Assembly: GCF_051903065.1 (NCBI RefSeq)
Contig: NZ_CP178438.1
Length of the DNA: 64,000 nucleotides
Strand: one strand, 5' to 3'
Source: Escherichia coli
Lineage (GTDB): Bacteria > Pseudomonadota > Gammaproteobacteria > Enterobacterales > Enterobacteriaceae
Positions 32,609 through 48,645 of the stretch are shown one piece after another (position 1 is the first letter of the stretch; every line of letters starts with the position of its first letter). The notes beneath the pieces were generated by a model. The model worked only from the letters and a program-made list of their open reading frames with translations. It was not told the origin of the DNA and searched no databases. The position numbers and the translations under genes were made by a program.

Positions 32609-32754
32609 AAAATATCCTTATAATTAACAAGAAAGAAAAGGCATATTCTCTGCATTATCATTTTCTACGACTGTCAAAAATCGCTCATTTTTTAATGAGT
32701 TTATTTGTTTAATATTATGGGAAAAGGTGATGCATTTGGGAGAGGAAGAGTATT

Positions 32755-32774
32755 CCCCGGTCAGACGACCGGGG
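32755..32774 (-). terminator. Hairpin downstream of actP (end of the acs-yjcH-actP operon)
   Basis: ccccggtc-agac-gaccgggg. Confidence 0.4.
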
Positions 32775-32785
32775 AAGGGGAGAGA

Positions 32786-34746
<1,961 letters not shown>

Positions 34747-34835
34747 CACAGATTCTCCAGAGGTAATGTAGGGATTGTTTTAATTCCCGCTCCCTTATGG
34801 GAGAAGGTTAACGCTCGGGTAACCCTTGCCGAATG

Positions 34836-34941
34836 TAGGCCGGATAAGGCGTTATACGCCGCATCCGGCAATCAATGCCTGATGCGACGCTGTCGCGTCT
34901 TATCAGGCCTACAAACCGTTACCGACTCGCATCCGGCAATT
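34836..34941. repeat. REP/BIME cluster between yjcH and acs
   Basis: gccggataaggcgttatacgccgcatccggca and gcctgatgcgacgctgtcgcgtcttatcaggcctac REP units. Confidence 0.85.
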
Positions 34942-34946
34942 GTGGG

Positions 34947-38734
<3,788 letters not shown>

Positions 38735-38778
38735 CCCCGTTCCGCCTCGCAAGGGGCGGAAAACACAATGGAGTGAAT

Positions 38779-39345
38779 ATGAGCGTATTACGTTCGTTAT
38801 TAACTGCCGGGGTGCTGGCGTCGGGCCTGTTGTGGAGCCTGAACGGAATTACCGCTACCCCTGCGGCGCAGGCATCTGATGATCGCTACGAAGTTACCCA
38901 GCAGCGTAACCCGGATGCCGCCTGTCTGGACTGTCATAAACCAGATACCGAAGGTATGCATGGCAAACATGCTTCCGTTATCAACCCGAATAACAAACTG
39001 CCGGTCACCTGCACCAACTGTCACGGCCAGCCATCACCGCAACACCGCGAAGGGGTGAAAGATGTGATGCGCTTTAACGAGCCGATGTACAAGGTTGGAG
39101 AGCAGAACAGCGTCTGTATGTCCTGCCATCTGCCGGAACAGTTGCAAAAAGCGTTCTGGCCGCACGATGTCCACGTAACCAAAGTGGCGTGCGCCAGCTG
39201 CCATTCCCTGCATCCACAGCAAGATACGATGCAGACGTTAAGTGACAAAGGACGGATTAAGATTTGCGTCGATTGCCACAGCGATCAGCGCACCAATCCG
39301 AACTTTAACCCGGCGTCTGTTCCGTTGCTTAAGGAGCAGCCATGA
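38779..39345 (+). CDS. nrfB: Pentahaem cytochrome c NrfB
   Basis: 188 aa; five CxxCH motifs (CLDCH, CTNCH, CMSCH, CASCH, CVDCH). Confidence 0.95.
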
Positions 39346-40013
39346 CCTGGTCTCGTCGCCAGTTTCTCACCGGCGTCGGCGTGCTGGCAGCCGTCAGCGG
39401 CACCGCAGGGCGCGTGGTGGCGAAAACGTTGAATATCAATGGGGTGCGTTACGGCATGGTGCATGACGAGTCGTTATGCATCGGCTGTACCGCCTGTATG
39501 GATGCTTGTCGGGAAGTGAACAAGGTGACGGAAGGCGTCTCGCGCCTGACGATTATTCGTAGCGAGCCGCAGGGCGAATTTCCTGATGTGAAATATCGCT
39601 TCTTCCGTAAGTCTTGCCAGCACTGCGATCATGCGCCGTGCGTTGACGTCTGCCCGACCGGTGCGTCTTTTCGTGATGCCGCTAGCGGGATTGTCGATGT
39701 TAATCCTGATCTCTGCGTCGGTTGTCAGTACTGCATCGCCGCCTGTCCGTACCGCGTGCGCTTTATCCATCCGGTCACGAAGACGGCGGACAAATGCGAT
39801 TTCTGCCGTAAGACCAATTTGCAGGCCGGTAAGCTGCCCGCGTGCGTTGAGGCTTGCCCGACGAAGGCGCTGACGTTTGGCAATCTGGACGATCCCAACA
39901 GTGAGATTTCGCAACTGCTGCGCCAGAAGCCCACTTACCGCTACAAGCTGGCGCTGGGAACCAAACCGAAGCTGTACCGCGTACCGTTTAAATACGGGGA
40001 GGTGAGCCAATGA
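39342..40013 (+). CDS. nrfC: 4Fe-4S ferredoxin-type subunit NrfC
   Basis: 223 aa; Tat-like RRQFLTG motif; multiple CxxCxxCxxxCP clusters. Confidence 0.95.
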
Positions 40014-40966
40014 CGCAGACTTCCGCATTTCATTTTGAATCGCTGGTGTGGGACTGGCCGATTGCCATCTACCTGTTTTTGATTGGTATTTCTGCTGGTT
40101 TGGTGACGCTGGCCGTGCTGTTACGTCGCTTCTACCCGCAGGCGGGCGGTGCAGACAGTACGTTGCTGCGCACCACGCTGATTGTCGGGCCGGGCGCGGT
40201 GATCCTCGGTCTGTTGATCCTCGTCTTCCACCTGACAAGACCGTGGACCTTCTGGAAGCTGATGTTCCACTACAGTTTTACCTCGGTGATGTCGATGGGG
40301 GTGATGCTGTTTCAGCTTTACATGGTGGTGCTGGTGCTGTGGCTGGCGAAAATCTTTGAACATGATTTGCTTGCCCTGCAACAACGCTGGTTGCCGAAGC
40401 TGGGGATCGTGCAAAAGGTTCTGAGCCTGCTGACGCCCGTTCATCGCGGACTGGAAACATTGATGCTGGTGCTGGCGGTGTTGTTGGGGGCTTATACCGG
40501 TTTTCTGCTGTCGGCGCTGAAATCGTATCCGTTCCTTAATAACCCGATCCTGCCGGTGCTGTTCCTCTTCTCCGGCATCTCGTCCGGTGCGGCGGTGGCG
40601 CTGATCGCCATGGCGATACGCCAACGCAGTAACCCGCATTCCACGGAAGCGCAGTTTGTACACCGTATGGAAATCCCCGTGGTATGGGGTGAAATCTTCC
40701 TGCTGGTGGCGTTTTTTGTCGGTCTGGCGCTGGGCGATGACGGTAAAGTGCGTGCGCTGGTGGCGGCATTGGGTGGCGGTTTCTGGACGTGGTGGTTCTG
40801 GCTTGGTGTCGCTGGGCTGGGGCTGATTGTGCCAATGTTGCTCAAACTGTGGGTCAATCGCAGTTCCGGCATTCCTGCCGTGCTGGCGGCGTGTGGGGCC
40901 AGTCTGGTCGGCGTGTTGATGTTGCGCTTTTTCATTCTCTACGCCGGGCAGTTAACGGTGGCGTAA
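40010..40966 (+). CDS. nrfD: Membrane quinol dehydrogenase subunit NrfD
   Basis: 318 aa polytopic membrane protein. Confidence 0.95.
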   Translation: MTQTSAFHFESLVWDWPIAIYLFLIGISAGLVTLAVLLRRFYPQAGGADSTLLRTTLIVGPGAVILGLLILVFHLTRPWTFWKLMFHYSFTSVMSMGVMLFQLYMVVLVLWLAKIFEHDLLALQQRWLPKLGIVQKVLSLLTPVHRGLETLMLVLAVLLGAYTGFLLSALKSYPFLNNPILPVLFLFSGISSGAAVALIAMAIRQRSNPHSTEAQFVHRMEIPVVWGEIFLLVAFFVGLALGDDGKVRALVAALGGGFWTWWFWLGVAGLGLIVPMLLKLWVNRSSGIPAVLAACGASLVGVLMLRFFILYAGQLTVA

Positions 40967-41045
40967 GCCAGAACAGAGGTGGTTTCTGGACGTATTCCTT
41001 CCTGAAGTCGGTTTTCTGGCGTTGTTGTTAAGTCTCGGGGTCAAC

Positions 41046-42704
41046 GTGTTGACCCCGTTGACGGCCTTCGCGGGAGTGCGGTTGCGCTGGCCTGCCATGA
41101 TGCGACTCACTTGCATCGGCATTCTGGCACAGTTCGCGCTCCTGCTGCTCGCCTTTGGCGTACTGACGTATTGTTTTCTCATCAGCGATTTCTCGGTCAT
41201 TTATGTCGCCCAACATAGCTACAGCCTGCTGTCGTGGGAACTCAAACTGGCGGCGGTATGGGGTGGTCATGAAGGTTCGCTGCTGCTTTGGGTTCTGCTG
41301 CTTTCCGCCTGGAGCGCGCTGTTTGCCTGGCATTATCGGCAGCAAACCGATCCGCTATTTCCGCTGACGTTAGCCGTTTTATCTCTCATGCTCGCCGCAC
41401 TGCTACTGTTTGTGGTGCTGTGGTCCGATCCCTTCGTGCGGATATTTCCACCAGCAATCGAAGGCCGCGATCTCAATCCGATGCTGCAACATCCCGGTCT
41501 TATCTTTCATCCACCGCTGCTTTACCTTGGCTATGGCGGTTTGATGGTAGCGGCGAGCGTGGCGCTGGCGAGTCTACTGCGCGGCGAGTTTGATGGTGCC
41601 TGCGCCCGAATTTGCTGGCGCTGGGCGTTACCTGGCTGGAGTGCATTAACAGCGGGGATCATCCTCGGTTCCTGGTGGGCCTACTGCGAACTCGGCTGGG
41701 GCGGCTGGTGGTTCTGGGATCCGGTGGAAAACGCCTCTTTATTACCCTGGCTTTCTGCCACTGCGCTGCTGCACAGTTTATCCCTGACACGCCAGCGGGG
41801 GATTTTCCGCCACTGGTCGCTGTTGCTGGCGATAGTTACTCTGATGCTGTCGCTGCTGGGCACCTTAATTGTCCGTTCTGGCATTCTGGTTTCGGTTCAT
41901 GCGTTCGCGCTGGATAACGTCCGCGCCGTGCCGTTGTTCAGTCTGTTTGTACTGATTAGCCTTGCGTCTCTGGCTCTGTATGGCTGGCGAGCGCGGGACG
42001 GTGGCCCGGCGGTGCGTTTTTCGGGGTTATCGCGGGAAATGTTAATCCTCGCTACGCTGTTGCTGTTTTGCGCAGTGCTACTGATCGTGCTGGTGGGAAC
42101 GCTTTATCCGATGATTTACGGCCTGCTGGGCTGGGGACGCCTCTCCGTTGGCGCACCGTATTTTAACCGCGCGACGTTACCGTTTGGTCTGTTGATGTTG
42201 GTGGTGATTGTGCTGGCGACGTTTGTCTCTGGTAAACGCGCGCAGCTTCCGGCGCTGCTGGCGCATGCGGGCGTGCTGTTATTTGCCGCAGGGATCGTGG
42301 TTTCCAGCGTCAGCCGTCAGGAGATCAGCCTGAATTTACAGCCGGGCCAGCAGGTGATGCTGGCAGGATACACCTTCCGTTTTGAGCGCCTCGATCTACA
42401 AGCCAAAGGCAATTACACCAGCGAAAAAGCGATAGTGGCGCTGTTTGACCATCAGCAACGCATTGGTGAATTAACGCCGGAGCGGCGTTTTTACGAAGCA
42501 CGTCGTCAGCAAATGATGGAACCGTCAATTCGCTGGAACGGCATCCATGACTGGTATGCGGTCATGGGGGAGAAAACTGGGCCGGATCGTTACGCTTTTC
42601 GTTTGTATGTACAAAGCGGTGTGCGCTGGATCTGGGGGGGAGGATTGTTGATGATTGCAGGCGCATTATTAAGCGGATGGCGGGGGAGGAAGCGCGATGA
42701 GTAA
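41046..42704 (+). CDS. nrfE: Haem lyase / cytochrome c maturation protein NrfE (CcmF-like); start codon uncertain
   Basis: Frame is open from TTG at 41022; GTG at 41046 gives 552 aa, matching my recollection of NrfE length; WGGWWFWDPVEN tryptophan-rich motif. Confidence 0.8.
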   Translation: MLTPLTAFAGVRLRWPAMMRLTCIGILAQFALLLLAFGVLTYCFLISDFSVIYVAQHSYSLLSWELKLAAVWGGHEGSLLLWVLLLSAWSALFAWHYRQQTDPLFPLTLAVLSLMLAALLLFVVLWSDPFVRIFPPAIEGRDLNPMLQHPGLIFHPPLLYLGYGGLMVAASVALASLLRGEFDGACARICWRWALPGWSALTAGIILGSWWAYCELGWGGWWFWDPVENASLLPWLSATALLHSLSLTRQRGIFRHWSLLLAIVTLMLSLLGTLIVRSGILVSVHAFALDNVRAVPLFSLFVLISLASLALYGWRARDGGPAVRFSGLSREMLILATLLLFCAVLLIVLVGTLYPMIYGLLGWGRLSVGAPYFNRATLPFGLLMLVVIVLATFVSGKRAQLPALLAHAGVLLFAAGIVVSSVSRQEISLNLQPGQQVMLAGYTFRFERLDLQAKGNYTSEKAIVALFDHQQRIGELTPERRFYEARRQQMMEPSIRWNGIHDWYAVMGEKTGPDRYAFRLYVQSGVRWIWGGGLLMIAGALLSGWRGRKRDE

Positions 42705-43080
42705 AGGACTTCTCACGCTACTGCTGTTATTTACCTGTTTTGCGCGCGCTCAGGTTGTAGACACCTGGCAATTCGCTAATCCGCAACAACAGCAACAGGC
42801 GTTAAATATTGCCAGCCAGTTACGTTGTCCGCAGTGCCAGAATCAAAACTTACTCGAATCCAACGCGCCGGTGGCAGTCAGTATGCGCCATCAGGTTTAC
42901 AGCATGGTGGCGGAGGGGAAGAACGAAGTCGAAATCATTGGCTGGATGACCGAACGCTACGGAGATTTTGTTCGCTATAACCCACCGTTAACGGGTCAGA
43001 CGCTGGTGTTGTGGGCGCTGCCAGTGGTGTTGTTACTGCTGATGGCACTGATCCTCTGGCGAGTGAGGGCGAAGCGATGA
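42697..43080 (+). CDS. nrfF: Haem lyase subunit NrfF (CcmH-like)
   Basis: 127 aa; LRCPQCQNQ motif. Confidence 0.93.
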   Translation: MSKGLLTLLLLFTCFARAQVVDTWQFANPQQQQQALNIASQLRCPQCQNQNLLESNAPVAVSMRHQVYSMVAEGKNEVEIIGWMTERYGDFVRYNPPLTGQTLVLWALPVVLLLLMALILWRVRAKR

Positions 43081-43673
43081 AACAGCCTCAAATACCGGTG
43101 AAAATGCTGACAACACTCACGATATTGATGGTATTCCTCTGTGTCGGCAGTTATCTGTTAAGCCCAAAATGGCAGGCGGTACGTGTGGAGTATCAGCGTC
43201 AGCGCGATCCGCTACATCAGTTTGCCAGCCAGCAAACCCCGGAAGCGCAGCTTCAGGCATTGCAGGATAAAATCCGCGCTAATCCACAAAACAGCGAACA
43301 GTGGGCGTTACTGGGCGAGTACTATCTGTGGCAAAACGATTACAGCAATTCGCTGCTGGCGTACCGTCAGGCGTTGCAACTACGTGGTGAGAACGCTGAA
43401 CTGTATGCGGCGCTGGCGACGGTGCTTTATTACCAGGCCAGCCAGCATATGACCGCCCAGACTCGCGCAATGATCGACAAAGCCCTCGCGCTGGACTCTA
43501 ACGAAATCACCGCTCTGATGCTGCTGGCTTCCGATGCGTTTATGCAGGCGAATTACGCGCAAGCCATCGAACTATGGCAAAAAGTGATGGATCTCAACTC
43601 ACCCCGGATCAACCGGACACAGCTGGTCGAGTCGATTAATATGGCGAAATTGTTGCAGCGGAGATCGGATTAA
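43077..43673 (+). CDS. nrfG: TPR-repeat haem lyase accessory protein NrfG
   Basis: 198 aa from internal Met [10 protein letters not shown]...; the ATG overlaps the nrfF stop. Confidence 0.9.
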   Translation: MKQPQIPVKMLTTLTILMVFLCVGSYLLSPKWQAVRVEYQRQRDPLHQFASQQTPEAQLQALQDKIRANPQNSEQWALLGEYYLWQNDYSNSLLAYRQALQLRGENAELYAALATVLYYQASQHMTAQTRAMIDKALALDSNEITALMLLASDAFMQANYAQAIELWQKVMDLNSPRINRTQLVESINMAKLLQRRSD

Positions 43674-44014
43674 TCATCTGGTGATGAAGATTATGTTATT
43701 GAGCTGCATAAAAAATAATCGAATGAACATATGCCAAAAATAATCACTAATCAGTATTATTGCAGATTAAACAAATAAAAATCTTTCCATAACAAATGGT
43801 TATTCATTAATCCTACCATAAACTCGCGTTATTATGCATTAATGCAGCGAAAAGCTCTGTTGTTAAAGGGTTGCGCAACATACCGCGCAAATGATACTGA
43901 TCATAAGCGTTAAAAAAATCTACAAACCAACGCAACACAATTCATGCCCTGGCAGTATGTCACGTTCTCGCGTTTCTGAACGGGGAACGGCGCTCCATTG
44001 AGGAAGTTATTCTG

Positions 44015-45328
44015 ATGAAAAATATAAAATTCAGCCTGGCCTGGCAGATTCTGTTTGCTATGGTGCTGGGCATTCTCCTGGGAAGCTACCTGCACTACCA
44101 TAGCGACAGCCGCGACTGGCTGGTCGTCAATTTGCTCTCTCCGGCGGGTGATATCTTCATCCATCTGATCAAAATGATTGTTGTGCCGATTGTGATCTCC
44201 ACGCTGGTGGTGGGTATCGCGGGTGTTGGTGATGCCAAACAGCTCGGGCGTATTGGCGCGAAAACCATTATCTACTTCGAGGTGATCACCACCGTCGCCA
44301 TCATTTTGGGGATCACTCTGGCGAACGTCTTCCAGCCCGGTGCCGGGGTGGATATGTCGCAGCTGGCGACCGTCGATATCTCGAAATATCAGAGCACTAC
44401 GGAAGCGGTACAAAGCAGTTCCCACGGCATTATGGGCACGATTTTGTCGCTGGTGCCGACGAACATTGTGGCGTCGATGGCGAAAGGCGAAATGCTGCCG
44501 ATCATCTTCTTCTCGGTGCTGTTTGGTCTGGGGCTTTCCTCCCTGCCCGCGACGCATCGTGAACCGCTGGTGACCGTGTTCCGCTCCATCTCTGAAACCA
44601 TGTTTAAAGTGACTCACATGGTGATGCGTTATGCGCCGGTGGGTGTGTTTGCGCTGATTGCGGTGACGGTGGCTAACTTTGGTTTCTCTTCTCTGTGGCC
44701 ACTGGCGAAACTGGTGCTGCTGGTGCATTTCGCCATTCTGTTCTTCGCGCTGGTAGTGCTGGGAATTGTGGCGCGCCTGTGCGGGTTAAGCGTCTGGATC
44801 CTGATTCGTATTCTGAAAGATGAGCTGATTCTGGCGTACTCCACTGCCAGCTCTGAAAGCGTACTGCCGCGAATTATTGAGAAGATGGAAGCCTACGGAG
44901 CACCGGCGTCGATCACCAGCTTCGTGGTGCCGACCGGTTACTCTTTTAACCTTGATGGTTCGACGCTGTATCAAAGTATTGCCGCTATTTTCATCGCTCA
45001 GCTGTATGGCATTGACCTGTCCATCTGGCAGGAAATCATTCTGGTGCTGACGCTGATGGTGACCTCGAAAGGGATTGCTGGCGTGCCGGGCGTGTCGTTT
45101 GTGGTGTTGCTGGCAACGCTGGGTAGCGTAGGTATTCCGCTGGAAGGTCTGGCGTTTATTGCTGGTGTTGACCGTATCCTCGACATGGCGCGTACTGCGC
45201 TGAACGTGGTGGGTAATGCGCTGGCGGTGCTGGTGATTGCCAAGTGGGAACACAAATTTGACCGCAAAAAGGCGCTGGCTTATGAGCGTGAAGTGCTGGG
45301 CAAATTTGATAAAACTGCGGATCAATAA
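44015..45328 (+). CDS. gltP: Glutamate/aspartate:proton symporter
   Basis: 437 aa; recognised GltP. Confidence 0.97.
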   Translation: MKNIKFSLAWQILFAMVLGILLGSYLHYHSDSRDWLVVNLLSPAGDIFIHLIKMIVVPIVISTLVVGIAGVGDAKQLGRIGAKTIIYFEVITTVAIILGITLANVFQPGAGVDMSQLATVDISKYQSTTEAVQSSSHGIMGTILSLVPTNIVASMAKGEMLPIIFFSVLFGLGLSSLPATHREPLVTVFRSISETMFKVTHMVMRYAPVGVFALIAVTVANFGFSSLWPLAKLVLLVHFAILFFALVVLGIVARLCGLSVWILIRILKDELILAYSTASSESVLPRIIEKMEAYGAPASITSFVVPTGYSFNLDGSTLYQSIAAIFIAQLYGIDLSIWQEIILVLTLMVTSKGIAGVPGVSFVVLLATLGSVGIPLEGLAFIAGVDRILDMARTALNVVGNALAVLVIAKWEHKFDRKKALAYEREVLGKFDKTADQ

Positions 45329-45338
45329 TTGAAGATTG

Positions 45339-45517
45339 CCGGGGTTATCCCCCGGCAATGTGTGGATGCCTGATGCGACGCTGGTGCGTCTTATCAGGCC
45401 TACGTCAGACAGCGCAATAGCCTGATTTAGCGTGATTTTGTAGGTCGGATAAGGCGTTTACGCCGCATCCGACATCAACGCCTGATGCGACGCTTAACGC
45501 GTCTTATCAGGCCTACC
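45339..45517. repeat. BIME (multiple REP units) downstream of gltP
   Basis: Hairpin gccggggttatcccccggc followed by repeated gcctgatgcgacgc...gtcttatcaggcctac and ggataaggcgtttacgccgcatcc units. Confidence 0.85.
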
Positions 45518-46207
45518 TTAACCGTTGGTTAATTTTTCAAACTCTTCACACCCGGTATCAAACCCTTCCATACAGCTCAGGTTCAACCAGTGCAGCGCCT
45601 TTTGTTTATTCTTCTCGATAAAACCTTCTTCACCGTTTAAGAACATCATTCCCGCCCAGTACTCGGAATAACCGGTTCGGGAAATTGCAGAGCTGCGTTT
45701 GAAATACCAGGTTGCCTTGTCATCGTCGGCCTTAATGCCCACGCCGTTGGCGTAAATCAAACCAAGCAGCATTTGGGCATCGACGGCAGAGTCGTTCTCC
45801 AGATCTTCCGAGGCGTTTTCTAACAGCGAAATCGCCTTTGGATAATCCGGTTTGCCCGCTTGAGTATTTACCAGAATATGCGCCAGCGTTACTTCACCTT
45901 CTTTACTGCCCGCTTGCGCCGCTTTCTCTGCAAGAACTTTTGCTTGTGGATAGTCCAGACTGACCGGATTGGTGATTTTGATCTGCGCCAACAGCGCGCA
46001 GGCATCAGCATCACCGCTGTCGGCGGCTTTCTGTGCCCAATATTCGGCTTTGCTCAAATCGCCGGAGCTAAACCAGCTGTCGGCAAGAAAATATTGTGCG
46101 CGTCGGTCCCCGGCCTCTGCTGCCTTTAAATACTGGCTGCCAGGCTCGGAGTCGTTGGCGTGGGCAAAGAATGTCAAAAACAACATCAATGCGATAATTT
46201 TTTTCAT
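45518..46207 (-). CDS. yjcO: Sel1-repeat protein
   Basis: 229 aa; signal peptide; repeated ...AQ..LA..Y..G.GV..D..KA..W... units. Confidence 0.9.
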   Translation of the reverse strand: MKKIIALMLFLTFFAHANDSEPGSQYLKAAEAGDRRAQYFLADSWFSSGDLSKAEYWAQKAADSGDADACALLAQIKITNPVSLDYPQAKVLAEKAAQAGSKEGEVTLAHILVNTQAGKPDYPKAISLLENASEDLENDSAVDAQMLLGLIYANGVGIKADDDKATWYFKRSSAISRTGYSEYWAGMMFLNGEEGFIEKNKQKALHWLNLSCMEGFDTGCEEFEKLTNG

Positions 46208-46258
46208 TTTGATAATACGATTGGGTAGGGAGTAACCAGTATAAAGAGTTCGAATGGA

Positions 46259-46286
46259 TAAAAAAACAGCCTCCGAAAGGAGGCTG
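46259..46286 (-). terminator. Rho-independent terminator of fdhF
   Basis: cagcctcc-gaaa-ggaggctg hairpin followed by a T-run on the minus strand. Confidence 0.7.
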
Positions 46287-46300
46287 TAGAAAGGACTGTA

Positions 46301-48448
46301 TTACGCCAGTGCCGCTTCGCGCAGGCGAGTTTTCAACTTGTTGTACTCGTCAATCACGTACTGCTCGGCGGCGCGCTGATCGGCGATCGGCTCGACGCGC
46401 ACGGCGCAGTATTTGTATTCCGGCGTTTTCGTAATCGGGCTTAAGTTTTCGGTAACCAGCTCGTTACAGGCACCAATCCACCACTGGTAGGTCATGTAAA
46501 TCGCCCCTTTGTTCGGACGATCGCTGACCTGCGCACGGGTGATAATTTTGCCTTTACGCGAGTGCACCCAAACCAATGCCTCATCTTCAATACCCAGACG
46601 TTTGGCGTCTTCGGTATTGATTTGTGCGTAGCCAGGTTCATCCGCCAGCGCCGCCAGTGCCGCACAGTTACCGGTCATCGAACGGCAAGAGTAGTGACCA
46701 ACTTCACGCACCGTTGACAGTACCATCGGGTACTCGTCGGTGAGTTTGTCGATTGGCGCTACCCAGTCGCAGGTGAAGAACTGCGCCAGACCGTTCGGGG
46801 TATCAAACTTCTCTTTAAACAGATAAGAAGTCCCCTGATCGGCATCTGAAGTATCGCGGCAAGGCCACTGAATGAAGCCCAGTTCGCCCATTTTCTCGTA
46901 AGTCGCACCGTAGAAATCCGGGCACAGATGACGCAACTCATCCCAGATCTCCTGGGTGTTGTTGTAGTGCATCGGATAACCCATACGGGTGGCGATTTCA
47001 CTGATGATTTGCCAGTCCGTTTTCAGATCCCATTTCGGTTCAACTGCTTTGAAGAAACGCTGGAAGCCACGGTCAGCCGCAGTAAACACGCCTTCATGCT
47101 CGCCCCACGACGTTGACGGTAAAATAACATCCGCCGCCGACGCGGTTTTGGTCATAAAGATGTCCTGAACGATAACCAGTTCCAGATCTTCAAAGGCTTT
47201 ACGTACTGCCGACAGCTCCGCGTCAGTTTGCAGCGGATCTTCGCCCATAATGTACGCGGCACGCACTTCGCCATGCGCTGCGCGGTGCGGCAGCTCGCTG
47301 ATGCGATAGCCGGTATGCGCTGGCAGGCTTTCCACACCCCAGGCTTTGGCGAATTTCTCGCGGTTAGCCGGATCTTTCACGTACTGGTATCCCGGATACG
47401 TATCCGGCAGCGCGCCCATATCGCAGGCACCCTGCACGTTGTTCTGACCACGAACCGGGTTTACACCCGCATGCGGCTTACCGAGGTTACCGGTCAGCAT
47501 CGCGAGGCTGGTCAGAGAACGCACGGTTTCCACGCCCTGGTAGAACTGGGTTACACCCATGCCCCACAGGATGGCGGCGCTTTTCGCCTGGGCATACATC
47601 CGTGCCGCCTGACGAATCTCACTGGCGCTGACGCCGGTGATATCTTCAACCGACTCCGGCGTGTAGCCTTCAACGATTTTACGATACTCTTCAAAGCCTT
47701 CTGTACGTGAAGCGACGAACGCTTTGTCGTACAGATTTTCTTCAATAATGACATGGCCCATCGCATTCAACAGCGCGATGTTCGAGCCGTTTTTCAGTGC
47801 AATGTGCATGTCAGCAATGCGCGCGGTTTCAATTTTGCGCGGATCGCAGACGATAATTTTCGCCCCGTTACGTTTAGCGTTAATTACGTGATTCGCCACG
47901 ATTGGGTGGGAATCCGCCGGGTTGTACCCGAAAACGAACACTAAATCGGTATTATCAATTTCGTTAATAGCATTGCTCATTGCGCCATTACCGACCGATT
48001 GGTGCAGACCTGCAACCGATGGGCCGTGTCAGACACGAGCGCAGCAGTCAACGTTATTGGTACCAATAACGGCGCGCGCAAATTTTTGCATTACATAGTT
48101 GGTTTCGTTACCCGTACCACGCGAGGAGCCGGTCGTCTGGATGGCATCCGGACCGTACTTCTCTTTGATGGCGCTCAGGCGCTCGGCAACGTAATTCAGT
48201 GCCTCATCCCAGGAAACAGGTTCGAGTTTGCCGCCACGCTGGCGACGGATCATGGGGGTTTTCAGGCGCGGGGTCAGGATCTGGGTATCGTTAATGAAAT
48301 CCCAGCCATAATAACCCTTCAGACACAGGGTACCCTGGTTGGTTTTCCCCTGCGCTGCCTCCGCCCGGACGATTTTGCCGTTATCGACGACCAGGTTGAT
48401 TTTGCAACCTGATGCGCAATAGGGGCAAACCGTGACGACTTTTTTCAT
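46301..48448 (-). CDS. fdhF: Formate dehydrogenase H (selenoprotein; in-frame TGA = Sec140)
   Basis: The two track ORFs 48029..48448 and 46301..47980 are in the same frame, separated only by TGA at 48029-48031; combined 715 aa; N-terminal CPYCASGC Fe-S motif; SECIS immediately 3' of the TGA. Confidence 0.95.
47988..48028 (-). other. SECIS element (selenocysteine insertion sequence) of fdhF
   Basis: mRNA reads UGA-CACGGCCCAUCGGUUGCAGGUCUGCACCAAUCGGUCGGUAAUGGC, the classic fdhF SECIS stem-loop. Confidence 0.9.
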
Positions 48449-48497
48449 CGGTCTCGCTCCAGTTAATCAAATCACGCATACGCGCTCTCGACTACAG

Positions 48498-48516
48498 TAT
48501 GCATCTTTTATGCCAC
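48498..48516 (-). promoter_or_regulatory. Sigma54 (-24/-12) promoter of fdhF
   Basis: Minus strand reads TGGCAT-aaaag-ATGCA. Confidence 0.8.
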
Positions 48517-48549
48517 ATTTTATTTGGGGTCATTCCCTGATATTACGGG

Positions 48550-48640
48550 CACTATTTATTCAAAACTCTGACGAAAAACAGGCTGTCGTCAGTTTTGACG
48601 TGACGAAACGAAATACCGCGTGACAGCCATCACGCGGCAG
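48550..48640 (-). promoter_or_regulatory. Probable FhlA upstream activating region for fdhF
   Basis: Position ~60-150 bp upstream of the sigma54 promoter; contains repeated GTCGTCA / TGACG-like motifs; sites not individually verified. Confidence 0.35.
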
Positions 48641-48645
48641 ACATT

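Noticed and set aside
43910-44728. 272-aa minus-strand ORF rich in His/Arg/Gln
   Set aside because: Antisense to gltP and its promoter region; low-complexity translation typical of a non-coding frame
46301-48448. Possible fdhF pseudogene split by a stop codon
   Set aside because: The stop is the TGA selenocysteine codon followed by a canonical SECIS; the gene is intact
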